From: Caenispirillum bisanense
GTDB taxonomy: Bacteria; Pseudomonadota; Alphaproteobacteria; Rhodospirillales; Rhodospirillaceae
Reading direction: 5' to 3'
NCBI GenBank assembly: GCA_945906455.1
Contig: CAMDRB010000001.1
Location: forward strand, 710-64,709
DNA length: 64,000 nt
The notes beneath the pieces are model-generated. The model made no database searches. It was given only the letters and a program-made list of their open reading frames with translations, and had not been told where the DNA came from. This document shows, one piece after another, positions 29,243 through 40,188 of the stretch. A program made the translations under genes and the position numbers. Position 1 is the stretch's first letter. Each line of letters starts with the position of its first letter.

Positions 29243-30757
29243 ATGGGCAATAAGGAGTCGACCGTACCGTCGGTGCTTGAGGCCGGGACACGTCTCCGGC
29301 CGGTGGCGGTGATCGATGTCGGCTCGAATTCCGTGCGCCTGGTGGTCTACAGCGGCTTGACCCGCACGCCGATTCCCCTGCACAACGAAAAGGTCATTTG
29401 CGCCTTAGGCAAGGGCCTGGAGAAGACCGGCCAGCTCAATTCCGAGGGCGTCGGCATGGCCTTCGACACTGTCGCGCGGTTCGTCAGGATCGCGCGATCT
29501 CTAGGCGTGGAGCATATCGACACGCTGGCGACCGCGGCCGTGCGCGACGCCGAAGACGGCGCGGCATTCGCCCGCGCCCTTGAGAAGCGCTGCGACATCA
29601 AAGTGCAGATTTTGACCGGCAAGCAAGAGGCGCGGCGTTCGGCGCTCGGCGTCCTGTGCGGCATTCCAGACGCCGACGGCGTTGTCGCCGACCTCGGCGG
29701 GGGAAGTCTGGAATTGGTCAAGATCGGCGGCGGGGAGATGAGCGAACACACGACCTTGCCGCTCGGTCTCTTGCGCCTGACGGAGGCCGCGGACGGCGAC
29801 AGCGGCCGGGCGATTTCAATCATCAACAAGGCCGTCGACCAGCATAAATGGGTGTCCAAGACCAAGGACAAGACTCTGTTCGCTGTCGGCGGCGCTTGGC
29901 GGTCACTGGCGCGGGTTTGCATCGCGCAAATGAACTATCCGCTCCATGTGCTTGACAACTTCACGCTCGACCGGGCTCAGGCGATTTCGCTATTTGAGGT
30001 GATATCGCGCCTCAGCCCGAAGAGCCTGGAGAAGATCAAAGGCGTCTCGCGTAGTCGCCTTGCCACCTTGCCTTTAGCGGCGGCGGTGCTTGAGCGCCTC
30101 TTGGAAATCAACAGGCCGCGGGCTCTGGTGTTCTCAATCTACGGTATGCGCGAGGGCCAGTTTTTCAAGTCTTTGCCGGAAAATCTGCGCAAGCAGGATC
30201 CGTTGGTCAGCCTGGCCGAAGAAATCGCCCGCAGCGCCGGCCGCTCAACGGCGGCGGGTCACGAAACCTTCGAATGGATGATGCCGCTTTTCAAGGATGA
30301 GTCGGCAGGCCAAAAAAAATTGCGCCTGGCCGCATGCCTCTTGCGCGACGTCTGGTGGACGGAACATTCCGACTACCGCGCCGAACAGGCCTTCCTGCGC
30401 GTACTGCGCTTGCCGTACCTGGGCCTGGGTCACGAGGATCGCGCCGGCCTGGCCTTGGCGCTTTATTACCGCTACGCCAGCGACCCGTCGGAACCGATCA
30501 TAAAGCAGGCCCATGCCTTACTGCCGGATTCCCGCGTACACCGTGTCCAAACCATCGGGCTCGCGTTGCGCCTGGCCTATGCTTTGTCCGCGGGCGCGCC
30601 GAGCGTGGTGAAACGGACCAGTCTGAAAATCAGTGCAGCAACCTTGATATTATCGGTTCCGGACAGCGACGCTCTGTTCAAATCGGGCCCCTACTTGCGG
30701 CGTGTGAAACGCATCGCCGATCACCTGGGGCTTGATGGGCGCGTCGACCGGGTGTGA
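29243..30757 (+). CDS. ppx: Exopolyphosphatase (Ppx/GppA family)
   Basis: AVIDVGSNSVRLVVY and DLGGGSLEL motifs (ASKHA fold). It lies immediately after ppk1. Confidence 0.9.
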   Translation: MGNKESTVPSVLEAGTRLRPVAVIDVGSNSVRLVVYSGLTRTPIPLHNEKVICALGKGLEKTGQLNSEGVGMAFDTVARFVRIARSLGVEHIDTLATAAVRDAEDGAAFARALEKRCDIKVQILTGKQEARRSALGVLCGIPDADGVVADLGGGSLELVKIGGGEMSEHTTLPLGLLRLTEAADGDSGRAISIINKAVDQHKWVSKTKDKTLFAVGGAWRSLARVCIAQMNYPLHVLDNFTLDRAQAISLFEVISRLSPKSLEKIKGVSRSRLATLPLAAAVLERLLEINRPRALVFSIYGMREGQFFKSLPENLRKQDPLVSLAEEIARSAGRSTAAGHETFEWMMPLFKDESAGQKKLRLAACLLRDVWWTEHSDYRAEQAFLRVLRLPYLGLGHEDRAGLALALYYRYASDPSEPIIKQAHALLPDSRVHRVQTIGLALRLAYALSAGAPSVVKRTSLKISAATLILSVPDSDALFKSGPYLRRVKRIADHLGLDGRVDRV

Positions 30758-30771
30758 CAACGCCCGTCTTT

Positions 30772-31926
30772 CTACCTCTCAAACACCTCAACGTGTTTGC
30801 CGTCGGCTGAGAGTCCAATCGCGAGCTTGCCGTGTTTTAATCGCAGGGCGTCCTCGCCGAACAACTCGCGCCGCCAGCCGTGTAGTGCTGGAACGTCGGC
30901 GGTGTCCGACACGGCGATGGCGTCGACATCGTCGCTCGATGCGATCAGTTTCTGGGCGACGTCGTGGGTTTCGCTGCGCGCCTTGAGCAGAAGTTTCAAG
31001 AGCTCGGTGACCGCACGTGGCGCGGGGTTGTCCCAACTGTCATCGCGGTCGAGTCGCGGGCACTCCGAATCGGGCACGGCCCGGCCCTTGACGACGGCGG
31101 CGAGCACGCCTTCGACGTATCGGCCGCTGGCGAGTGGCTTGGCCAGCCGCGAACGCTTGATGTCGTCAACCGTCGCCGGCATGTTCGCGGCGAGCTCCAA
31201 GATCGCATCGTCCTTGGCCACGCGCTGCCGGGGCAGGTCGAGGCTTTGCGCCGTGATCTCGCGCCAGGCCGCCAGCTCGCGCAAGACCGCGAGCATGCGC
31301 GGCGCGCGGGTGCGAGCGCGCAAGCGCCGCCACATCTCAAGGGGCTCAATCGTATAGGTCTTCGGGCTTGTCAAGACGGCGTCCTCTTCATCCAGCCAGG
31401 ACGCCCGCCCAGATTTTTCCAGGCGCTGGCGCAGGGCGCGGTAAACCTTGCGCAGGTGAGTTACATCACCCAGTGCATAAGTAACCTGACGTTCGGTGAG
31501 GGGGCGTTGGGACCAGTCCGTGAACCGCTGGGACTTATCAAGGTTGGCGCCGGCAAGCTTCGAGACCAGGGCCTCGTAGCCGATCTGGTCGCCGAAGCCG
31601 CAGACCATGGCGGCGATCTGGGTATCGAAAACCGGGGCCGGTACTTCACCCGTGGCATTGAAGAAGATTTCAAGGTCCTGGCGTCCCGCGTGAAACACCT
31701 TGAGTACGGCTCGATCGGCCAGCAGGTCGTAGAGCGGCTTCAAATTCATGTTCGGGGCGAGCGGGTCGATGCAATAGGCTTCGTCGGGCCCGGCCACCTG
31801 AACCAGGCAAAGCTTTGCCCAATACGTGGTCTCGCGCATGAACTCGGTATCGACCGTGATGAAATCGGCTCCCTTGAGACGGTCGCAGAACGCCGCGAGG
31901 GCCGCAGTATCGGTAAGGAGGCTCAT
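30772..31926 (-). CDS. rnd: Ribonuclease D
   Basis: 384 aa with the DEDD exonuclease motifs VDTEF, HAGRQDLE and YALGDV, plus an HRDC region. Confidence 0.9.
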   Translation of the reverse strand: MSLLTDTAALAAFCDRLKGADFITVDTEFMRETTYWAKLCLVQVAGPDEAYCIDPLAPNMNLKPLYDLLADRAVLKVFHAGRQDLEIFFNATGEVPAPVFDTQIAAMVCGFGDQIGYEALVSKLAGANLDKSQRFTDWSQRPLTERQVTYALGDVTHLRKVYRALRQRLEKSGRASWLDEEDAVLTSPKTYTIEPLEMWRRLRARTRAPRMLAVLRELAAWREITAQSLDLPRQRVAKDDAILELAANMPATVDDIKRSRLAKPLASGRYVEGVLAAVVKGRAVPDSECPRLDRDDSWDNPAPRAVTELLKLLLKARSETHDVAQKLIASSDDVDAIAVSDTADVPALHGWRRELFGEDALRLKHGKLAIGLSADGKHVEVFER

Positions 31927-32132
31927 GGGCCAGTCTTAATAGGTCGCGAACACGGTCGCAACCACCGAGCGGGCGCAACCGCCGAACGGGCGGAAAAACC
32001 CCGGGCCGCCGCCACGTTCGGCCTAGTTTAGCGCGGAAGTCTTGACAAAAGGCTGTGTTCGGTGTGGTTTCACGCCGCTCCCGGAGACCCGACGCCCAAA
32101 GGGATCGCCGGGAATTTTACGAGGACCTGGCG

Positions 32133-33950
32133 ATGCACCGCTATCGAACACATACCTGCGGCGCCCTCCGGCCGGAGGACGCTGGAAAAGAGGTGCGGAT
32201 TTCAGGATGGGTTCATCGCAAACGCGATCACGGCAATCTGCTATTTGTCGATCTGCGCGATCAGTATGGCCTGACGCAATGCGTCTCCGACACCTCCAGC
32301 GCGGTGTTCAAGGTTTTGGAAGCGGCGCGACCTGAGACTGTGCTCTGTGTGTCGGGCAAGGTCGTGCCGCGTTCGCCCGAAACCGTCAACGATAAGCTAC
32401 CCACCGGCCGCATCGAACTCGTGGCGAGCGGTGTCGAGGTGCTGTCCGAAGCCGCCGTGCTGCCCATGCAAGTTGCCGGCGAACAGGAATATCCGGAAGA
32501 GATGCGCCTTTCCTACCGGTTCCTCGACCTGCGCCGGGAAAAGATGCGCGACAATATCCTGCTGCGCTCTAACATCATCGCCAGCATCCGCAAGCGCATG
32601 TGGGCGGCCGGTTTCGTCGAATACCAAACCCCGATCCTGACGGCGTCGTCACCTGAGGGCGCTCGGGATTTTCTCGTGCCCTCGCGTCTGCATCCGGGAA
32701 AATTTTATGCGCTGCCCCAGGCGCCGCAGCAATTCAAGCAACTGCTCATGACGTCGGGCTTTGACCGCTATTTCCAGATCGCGCCGTGCTTTCGCGACGA
32801 GGACAGCCGTGCCGACCGGTCACCCGGAGAGTTCTATCAACTCGACTTCGAAATGGCGTTTGTCACCCAGGATGACGTGTTCGATACCATCGCGCCGGTA
32901 CTCGCCGGCGTTTTCGAAGAATTCGCCAACGGCCGCCCCGTCACCAAGGTCCCCTTCCCACGGATTACTTACAGCGATGCCCTGCTCAAGTACGGCAGCG
33001 ACAAGCCGGATTTGCGCAATCCGCTTTTGGTCGGCGATGTGACCGAAGCTTTCAGGGGCTCAAGCTTTGGCCTGTTCGCGCGCAACATTGACAAGGGCGC
33101 AATCGTGCGCGCGGTCCCGGCGCCACAATCCGCCGACCAGCCGCGCAGCTGGTTCGACAAACTCAACGCATGGGCGCGGGAGAACGGCGCCGGTGGTCTC
33201 GGCTATATTCAGTACAAAGACGGCGAGGCGCGGGGGCCGATCGCCAAGAACCTCGATGCCGATCGTGTCGCCGCGATCAAGGCCGCAACCGGCGTGAGCG
33301 ACGGCGACTCGGTGTTTTTCGCCTGCGATCAACCCGAAGTGGCCGCCAAATTCTCTGGTCTTGTGCGCACCAAGATTTGCGATGAATTGGGCCTGCTGGA
33401 CCGCGACAAGTTCATGTTCTGCTGGATCGTCGACTTCCCGATGTTTGAGCGCAACAAGGACACGGGCCAGATCGAGTTCAGCCACAATCCGTTCTCCATG
33501 CCCCAGGGCGGCATGGAGGCGCTCTTGAATCAGGACCCGCTGACCATCAAGGCCTTTCAATACGACATTGTCTGCAACGGCGTCGAGCTATCGTCGGGCG
33601 CTATCCGCAATCACCGCCCCGACATCATGTACAAAGCCTTCGAGATCGCAGGCTACAAGAAAGAAGAAGTCGAAGCGCGCTTCGGCGGCATGTTGAATGC
33701 CTTCAAGTACGGCGCGCCGCCTCACGGCGGCTCGGCGCCGGGCATCGACCGCATTGTCATGCTGCTGGCGGACGAACCCAACCTCCGCGAGGTCATTCTC
33801 TTTCCGATGACTGGCCGGGCCGAGGATCTGCTGATGCAAGCGCCGAATAGCGTGTCGGCGAAGCAGCTCAAGGAGCTGCACATCAAGTTGGACTTGCCAA
33901 AAGACGCAGGGCCGAAGGATTCGGCGAAATCAGCACCGGCCGCCGAATAA
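32133..33950 (+). CDS. aspS: Aspartate--tRNA ligase
   Basis: 605 aa from [13 protein letters not shown], with class II motifs [10 protein letters not shown] and GGSAPGIDR. Confidence 0.95.
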   Translation: MHRYRTHTCGALRPEDAGKEVRISGWVHRKRDHGNLLFVDLRDQYGLTQCVSDTSSAVFKVLEAARPETVLCVSGKVVPRSPETVNDKLPTGRIELVASGVEVLSEAAVLPMQVAGEQEYPEEMRLSYRFLDLRREKMRDNILLRSNIIASIRKRMWAAGFVEYQTPILTASSPEGARDFLVPSRLHPGKFYALPQAPQQFKQLLMTSGFDRYFQIAPCFRDEDSRADRSPGEFYQLDFEMAFVTQDDVFDTIAPVLAGVFEEFANGRPVTKVPFPRITYSDALLKYGSDKPDLRNPLLVGDVTEAFRGSSFGLFARNIDKGAIVRAVPAPQSADQPRSWFDKLNAWARENGAGGLGYIQYKDGEARGPIAKNLDADRVAAIKAATGVSDGDSVFFACDQPEVAAKFSGLVRTKICDELGLLDRDKFMFCWIVDFPMFERNKDTGQIEFSHNPFSMPQGGMEALLNQDPLTIKAFQYDIVCNGVELSSGAIRNHRPDIMYKAFEIAGYKKEEVEARFGGMLNAFKYGAPPHGGSAPGIDRIVMLLADEPNLREVILFPMTGRAEDLLMQAPNSVSAKQLKELHIKLDLPKDAGPKDSAKSAPAAE

Positions 33951-33961
33951 ATTGCGCGGAC

Positions 33962-34717
33962 TTACCGCGCCTTCAGGCCGTATTTTTCACGGCATTCCTG
34001 TTTGATCTTGTACATGGCTACATCGGCGGCTTCGAGCAGCTCCTTCAATTCGGCCTTGGCTGAATACATGTGGACGCCACAGCTCGCCTTAATCGGAATC
34101 TGTTTCTTGTTCCAGGCCGCATGGGCGTTGTTGAGTTTGCGATCCAGTTCTTCAGCGCGGCGGACGCCATTGCGCTTGTTGGATCGCGGCAAGAGCACGG
34201 CGAATTCGTCACCGCCCAGGCGACCAACGTAGTCGGTATCGCGGATATGGCCGCGTAGGAGTTCCGACACGGCGCGCAACACCTCGTCGCCGGCGGCGTG
34301 GCCAAGCGTGTCGTTGATCGGCTTGAACTCGTCGAGATCGACCATAATCAATACGCCGCCGACGCCATGGCGGCGTGCCACCGATAGTTTGTGGGTCAGA
34401 CAATCTTAAAATCCGCGGCGATTGAGTACGCGGGTGAGGGCGTCGGTCGTCGCCAGGCCCTCGAGGTCCGCGATACGCTTTTCCTGCAGTCGCAGATGAT
34501 CGGAGATTTCCGCCACCAGCGAATGGGTAAGCGCTGCGATTTCCTTGATCGCTTTCGCACCGTCGTTAGGCTTCTCGATCTTCACTTGTTCGGTGAAACG
34601 AACAAGCTGGGACAGTTTTGTTACAATCGTATCCGGCGCAAGTTCGTGCGAAGGCGCGCGTTTCAGTTCCGGCAGCCCTGGCATCACGGCGTCTCCTGGA
34701 CGGCAAATGTGCGGCAC
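33962..34717 (-). pseudogene. GGDEF diguanylate cyclase interrupted by one in-frame TAA
   Basis: The two ORFs 34406-34717 and 33962-34381 are in the same frame. Read through, the sequence is ...TDALTRVLNRRGF-TAA-DCLTHKLSVARRHGVGGVLIMVDLDEFKPINDTLGHAAGD...RDTDYVGRLGGDEFAVLL, a continuous GGDEF domain with an RxxD I-site. Confidence 0.8.
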
Positions 34718-35079
34718 CCTGGCGACCGATTCCCATCGCTACGGGTCTCGATTCTCCTCGCGTCGGCAGGCTCGCCCTGTCCTCGATTTCCGCGATTTGG
34801 ACAGACCGCAAGCCCCAGCCTTGCACCAATTATGGGCCGTTTGCCGAATCCGAAGCTAGGACTGAATCGCAAGCCAATTATTATGCGCCATCGGCGGCCG
34901 TGAATCCTCTATCCCATTATAACTACAGAGTTTTAAATAGTTTTTTTACACGGATACACGATCCTCGTTGGTCGAAACATCCGGCAATCGCTCGTGGACC
35001 GCCTGTTCTAGTGCCCAACCCGGATCGCCCAGTGATAGTCTGACCGCCTTACCGTTTCCACTGGGGAGGCTACCCGCAC

Positions 35080-35946
35080 ATGAAGGCCTTGGGTTCTTGC
35101 GCACGCTCCGTTCCGGCTTTTGGCCTGGCCGCCTGGCTGATGGCGGCGAGCGGGGCCTGGGCCGCTAGCCCGGCGCTGTCCGCCTCCCGGCCCGCGTCCG
35201 ACAAGGCCGCCGTTGATCTCCTCTCACACCGTGCGATCTATGACATGTCGCTGATCAAAGTCAGCCAGAGTGACGGCGTGCGGGCTGCCTCGGGCACGAT
35301 GATCTACACGCTGACCGACCGCTGCGACGGCTATACCATCGAAACCGATCTCTCACTGAATCTCGCATTCGCCAACGGCAACGAGAATCAAATCGAGCAA
35401 AAGTATGTCGCCTGGGAGGCGAAGGACGGACGTTCGTCGACATTTCGCTTCCAAGTTCTCGAGAACGGTAAGCTCTCGAAAGCCTATCATGGCACCGTGA
35501 AGTTTCGGGAAGATGGCACTGGCACGGCCACTTATGATGCAGAAAACGTCTCGGTGTTTGATCTGCCGCGCGGCACGCTGCTGTCCACGGGTCACACCCT
35601 CGCGTTGCTCAAGAGCGCCACGGCCAACGAGCAATTCATGAGCAAGCTGGTGATCGACGGATCCTTCGACGCGGGTCCGTTCTGGATCACGGCCGCCATT
35701 GCGCCCGCGCAGAAAGGCGGCGTTCTATCGGTCAAGGGGGCGCCCGGACGCTTGAGCGAAGGACGGTATTGGCCGATCGGTATGGCCTATTTCCCGGCGA
35801 CCTCGGCCCAACCAATACCCGAATACGAAATATCGCAGAATTTACTGGGGACCGGAATTACGCTTTCCATGGTGCAAGATTTCGGCGGTTTCACGCTGGC
35901 TTTCAATCCGGTCAGGATGGAGCCCGTGACCGCGCCACCGTGCTAG
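35080..35946 (+). CDS. Periplasmic DUF1849/EipB-like protein, paralog 1
   Basis: Signal peptide AFGLAAWLMAASGAWA. LLSHRAIYDMSL... and a C-terminal ...FNPVRMEPV...APPC resemble the cell-envelope-integrity EipB family (from memory). Confidence 0.5.
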   Translation: MKALGSCARSVPAFGLAAWLMAASGAWAASPALSASRPASDKAAVDLLSHRAIYDMSLIKVSQSDGVRAASGTMIYTLTDRCDGYTIETDLSLNLAFANGNENQIEQKYVAWEAKDGRSSTFRFQVLENGKLSKAYHGTVKFREDGTGTATYDAENVSVFDLPRGTLLSTGHTLALLKSATANEQFMSKLVIDGSFDAGPFWITAAIAPAQKGGVLSVKGAPGRLSEGRYWPIGMAYFPATSAQPIPEYEISQNLLGTGITLSMVQDFGGFTLAFNPVRMEPVTAPPC

Positions 35947-35995
35947 CCCGGATCAGCGTGATCGAGGGTTCGGCAGCAACGGGGGAAGGGACAAG

Positions 35996-36838
35996 ATGCG
36001 CGGACACGTGAGTGTATTCGCGGCGGCGATGTTCATTGCGGCCCCTTTAGCCTTTCACGGGAATGCGCGCGCGGCCGATCTCATTCCCTATGAAGCGATT
36101 TACGCGCTGCGCCTCACGCATGCCAGCTCATCCGGCGGGCCGCGGGCGGCGGTTGGTACTTTCGAATCACGATTTATTGAAACCTGCCAGGGCTGGGACA
36201 CGAAGTCGCACACGACTTTAAGCCTGACATTCAGCGATGGCGGCGTATTCACGAACGAGCGATTCTTTTCGTCTTTGGAAGCCAAGAGCGGCCGAGATTA
36301 TTCCTTCGCGGCGTTGACGCTCAAGAACGGTAAGACGGTCGAAGCCTACAAGGGTACGGCAACTTTGGCGAGCCGTGGCGGACGAGCCAGATATGAATTG
36401 CCGGCGCGAGAGGGCGAGAAGCGGAGCCACATCATTTCCCTGGTGCTGCCGCAAGGTACGCTATTTCCGGCGGCATACTCTCTGGCCCTGTTGGGTTCGG
36501 CCGAGCAAGGCACGCCGTTGTTCCGCAGAGTTGTCTTGAGCGGGTCCTCGTCTGTCGGGCCGCGCGTTTTGTCGACCGCCATCGGTCCGCGCCTCGCGGC
36601 AGGAGAGGTCGAGGCCGCGGGCATCGATCGTATGCTGGTCGAAATGCCGTCATGGCGGATGAGTTCGGCTTATTTCAACTTCTTTGAGAAACGCGATATC
36701 CCCAATTTTGAGATGTTCTTAAGGCTCTCAAAATCGGGAGTGACGGAGTCGTTCGAACAAACCTTCCGTGACTTCACGGTGTCGGCCACCTTACAGCGGT
36801 TGCGCCGGCTCGATCGTCCGGTGTGCCCGACGCCCTAA
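35996..36838 (+). CDS. Periplasmic DUF1849/EipB-like protein, paralog 2
   Basis: Same architecture as the upstream gene: signal peptide, LIPYEAIYALRL, and a C-terminal Cys (RPVCPTP). The two are clearly paralogous. Confidence 0.5.
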   Translation: MRGHVSVFAAAMFIAAPLAFHGNARAADLIPYEAIYALRLTHASSSGGPRAAVGTFESRFIETCQGWDTKSHTTLSLTFSDGGVFTNERFFSSLEAKSGRDYSFAALTLKNGKTVEAYKGTATLASRGGRARYELPAREGEKRSHIISLVLPQGTLFPAAYSLALLGSAEQGTPLFRRVVLSGSSSVGPRVLSTAIGPRLAAGEVEAAGIDRMLVEMPSWRMSSAYFNFFEKRDIPNFEMFLRLSKSGVTESFEQTFRDFTVSATLQRLRRLDRPVCPTP

Positions 36839-36844
36839 AATGCT

Positions 36845-37765
36845 CTAAGGCCACAGCCACGCAGCCCCGCGAACGCCCCCGGCATCCCCGTGATGCGGCC
36901 GCGCAAGTTTTGTGACCACAGTGTCGGAAAACACGTAGGCCGGCCACAGCTTTGGCACGTCGGTGTAGAGCCGCGCGATATGCGACAGTCCACCGCCAAG
37001 CACGATCACGTGCGGATCAATTATATTTATAATTGTGGCGGACGCGCGCGCGAAGCGGTCGAGATAGCGCTCGATCGCTGCGCCGGCCTTGGCATCCCCA
37101 GTGTCGCTGCGGCTGGCAATTTCGGCAGCAGTCGCGGTCTCGCCGGTAGCCGCGGCAAAATCCCTGCTGAGCCCGGTGCCTGAAATGTAGGTCTCGTTGC
37201 ACCCCTGGAGGCCGCAATAGCAGTCGGGCCCTGGAATTTCATCGGCCCGCGGCCAGGGCAATGGGTTGTGTCCCCACTCACCGCTTATGGCGTTGGGGCC
37301 GCGGACCAGGTGTTTGTCGATGACAAGTCCGCCGCCGGCGCCGGTTCCAAGGATGGCGCCAAAGACAATTGCATCATCCGCGCCGGCACCGTCCACGGCT
37401 TCAGACAAAGCAAAACAATCGGCGTCGTTCGCCAGCCGCACAGGTCGACTCAGCGCGTCGGCCAGGTCGCGGTCGAGCGCATGACCAATAAGGCAAAGGG
37501 AGTTGGCATTCTTGATTAGCCCCGTGGCCGGAGAGATCGTCCCAGGAATGCCCACGCCGACGGAGGCCTGTAGCCGACCCGCAAGACTTTGCGTTGCCGA
37601 ATCGGCGGTCGCGACCAGAGCCGCGATCGTTCGCACCGTCGCCTGGTAGTCGCCCGCGGGTGTGGCCGCCCGGTGGCGGAATCGCTCTACGCCCTCGCGA
37701 TCGAAGGCCGCGACCTCGATCTTGGTTCCACCGAGATCTACCCCGACTCGAATGTTCGCGCTCAC
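36845..37765 (-). CDS. ROK-family sugar kinase
   Basis: VGVDLGGTKIEVAAFD ATP-binding motif and the zinc motif CYCGLQGCNETYISG. The start is a GTG after GAGAGG. Confidence 0.82.
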   Translation of the reverse strand: MSANIRVGVDLGGTKIEVAAFDREGVERFRHRAATPAGDYQATVRTIAALVATADSATQSLAGRLQASVGVGIPGTISPATGLIKNANSLCLIGHALDRDLADALSRPVRLANDADCFALSEAVDGAGADDAIVFGAILGTGAGGGLVIDKHLVRGPNAISGEWGHNPLPWPRADEIPGPDCYCGLQGCNETYISGTGLSRDFAAATGETATAAEIASRSDTGDAKAGAAIERYLDRFARASATIINIIDPHVIVLGGGLSHIARLYTDVPKLWPAYVFSDTVVTKLARPHHGDAGGVRGAAWLWP

Positions 37766-37878
37766 GCTTGTGGCCTCTCGACTGGGCAAAATATCGGCCT
37801 CGGCGAAGAATATATTGTTCTCGGCGCCGACAACACACTATATGAGCTTCGGATTCACTCCATGAGACCCACGACGCC

Positions 37879-38955
37879 ATGACCGAGCAGCCTCGACGCC
37901 CCCTTAACAAGGATAACGACGCGCTGCGCTTTCCCCTGGCGGAGGCGCCCGCACCGGGAACCGTCATCGATGTGGCGCCCGGCGTGAAATGGCTGCGCAT
38001 GCCGCTGCCTTTTGCTCTCAATCACATAAACCTGTGGGTACTCGACGACGGCGATGGCTGGACACTCATTGACACCGGCATCAATTCCTCGGACACCCGT
38101 GGACTTTGGGCGGCGCTCTTCGCCGGGCCCCTCAAAGCCAAGCCGGTCAAACGAATCCTCTGCACCCATTATCATCCCGACCACTTTGGCCTCGCCGGAT
38201 GGCTGACCGAGGCGCACGGCGTACCCCTCTGGGTCACGCGCGAAGAAATTGAGACGGCGCGCTACATCCTCGCACAGACCCCTGATGTGTCGGTGTCGTT
38301 AGCTTCGCGGCTCTATACGCGGGCGGGCCTTGGAAGCGCGCTGCCGGCGATGTTGGCGGTGCGCGGCGAGGGCTACAAGGGCAGGGTGTCGGCCTTGCCC
38401 GAGAAGTATATTGCCCTCGATCCGACTAGACCTGTCGAGGCGGCCGGCGCCACCTGGCGCATTGTCATAGGCGAGGGGCACTCGCCGCAACTCGCTGCAC
38501 TGTATGCCGCGTCGCTCGGTGTCCTGATTTCCGGCGACCAGGTATTGCCGGGCATTTCGCCCAATGTCAGCGTTCGCGATTCCCAACCCGACAGCAATCC
38601 GTTGAAGGCCTTTCTCGAAAGCCTCATGCGCTTCCGCGCGTTACCCAACGACACGCTGGTGCTGCCGTCCCACAAAATGCCGTTCTACGGATTGCACGAA
38701 CGAGTCGATCAACTCATAGCTCACCACCTTGACCGCCTCGGCGTTGCGCGCACGGCCTGCGCGAACGGCGCCACCGCAGGCGAGGTTATGCAGGCAATGT
38801 TCAGGCGCGATTTTGACCCTCATCAACTCGCCTTTGCCTTGGGCGAAACGCTCGCGCATCTCAATTATCTCATTGTCAACGGCGATATCGTACGCGAAGA
38901 GACGCCCGCTGGCGTTGATCGCTACCGAGCGATCTCGTCCGCGGCGGCGGCCTGA
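37879..38955 (+). CDS. MBL-fold metallo-hydrolase
   Basis: THYHPDHFG metal-binding motif, 358 aa. Confidence 0.8.
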   Translation: MTEQPRRPLNKDNDALRFPLAEAPAPGTVIDVAPGVKWLRMPLPFALNHINLWVLDDGDGWTLIDTGINSSDTRGLWAALFAGPLKAKPVKRILCTHYHPDHFGLAGWLTEAHGVPLWVTREEIETARYILAQTPDVSVSLASRLYTRAGLGSALPAMLAVRGEGYKGRVSALPEKYIALDPTRPVEAAGATWRIVIGEGHSPQLAALYAASLGVLISGDQVLPGISPNVSVRDSQPDSNPLKAFLESLMRFRALPNDTLVLPSHKMPFYGLHERVDQLIAHHLDRLGVARTACANGATAGEVMQAMFRRDFDPHQLAFALGETLAHLNYLIVNGDIVREETPAGVDRYRAISSAAAA

Positions 38956-39002
38956 GCTTCTAGTCCGGTACCGCCCGCCCGCGCGGCCTGGTAGAGTTAG
39001 CC

Positions 39003-39932
39003 ATGACAACCCTGGTCCTTAGCCACGAAAGTTACCTCGCCCACGACACGGGCTCCCATCACCCGGAATGTCCTGACCGCCTGCGCAGCGTTTTGAAGGC
39101 GCTCGATCAATCGGCGCTCACAGGACTGATCCGTGAAAATGCCCCGGAGGCCACGGCCGCGGAGATCGCGCGCGCGCATCCCGGCAGCTATGTCAGTGAC
39201 ATTCTCGCCGCCATGCCGGGCCAGGGCTTGCATTACCTGGACGGCGACACCGTGGTTTCGCCGGGCTCGGCCGAAGCTATGATGCGCGCTGCCGGGGCGG
39301 CGGTGCGCGCGGTCAACGCCGTGGTCGCCGGCGAGGCCGACAACGCCTTCTGCGCCGTGCGCCCGCCGGGCCACCACGCCGAGTCGGCCCGGCCGATGGG
39401 ATTTTGCCTGGTCAACAATGCCGCCGTCGCCGCATTACATGCACGCTCCGTCCACGGATGCCAGCGCGTCGCGGTGATTGATTTCGATGTCCATCACGGC
39501 AACGGCACCCAGGAAATGTTCTGGGACGACGCCGAGGCCTTCTATGCCTCCACCCACCAGTTCCCGTTTTACCCGGGAACGGGGTCGCGCCGGGAACGGG
39601 GCGAGCACAACAACGTGGTCAACGTCCCGCTTGCGGCGGGCGATCGGGGTGATGTCTTCCGCAGCGGACTTCAGGACGATATCCTGCCCGCGCTGGCCGC
39701 CTTTATGCCGGATTTTGTGATAATTTCCGCCGGCTTCGACGCCCATAAGGATGACCCCTTAGGACAGCTCAGATTGACGGAAACCGACTTTGCCTGGGCG
39801 ACCGCGGCGATCATGGACATGGCCCGCAAAGCCTGCGGCGGACGGGTGGTATCGGTACTCGAAGGCGGTTACAACCTGGGCGCTCTGGCGGACTGCGTGA
39901 CGGCACATGTGGAGACCTTGAAGGATCACTGA
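39003..39932 (+). CDS. Histone-deacetylase-family (acetoin utilisation / acetylpolyamine-type) deacetylase
   Basis: RPPGHHA, DFDVHHGNGTQ and EGGY motifs. Confidence 0.88.
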   Translation: MTTLVLSHESYLAHDTGSHHPECPDRLRSVLKALDQSALTGLIRENAPEATAAEIARAHPGSYVSDILAAMPGQGLHYLDGDTVVSPGSAEAMMRAAGAAVRAVNAVVAGEADNAFCAVRPPGHHAESARPMGFCLVNNAAVAALHARSVHGCQRVAVIDFDVHHGNGTQEMFWDDAEAFYASTHQFPFYPGTGSRRERGEHNNVVNVPLAAGDRGDVFRSGLQDDILPALAAFMPDFVIISAGFDAHKDDPLGQLRLTETDFAWATAAIMDMARKACGGRVVSVLEGGYNLGALADCVTAHVETLKDH

Positions 39933-39933
39933 T

Positions 39934-40188
39934 ATGGCTAAGACCCCAAATGATGCAGGTGCGGAGATTGCCGCCCTCGGCTTCGAGGACGCCATGAAGG
40001 AGTTGGAACGGATCGTGCGCGATCTGGAAAGCGGTCAGGTCAAACTCGACGACGCCGTCAAGGCTTACGAACGGGGGGCGGCGTTGAAGCGCCATTGCGA
40101 AGCCAAGCTGGCCGAGGCCCGCGCTAAGGTTGAAAAGATTACTGGCGTCGGCAAGAGCCTTGGATTGGAGCCGGTCGATCGTGAGTAG
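39934..40188 (+). CDS. xseB: Exodeoxyribonuclease VII small subunit
   Basis: 84 aa with FEDAMKELERIVRDLESGQVKLDDAVKAYERG. Confidence 0.9.
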   Translation: MAKTPNDAGAEIAALGFEDAMKELERIVRDLESGQVKLDDAVKAYERGAALKRHCEAKLAEARAKVEKITGVGKSLGLEPVDRE

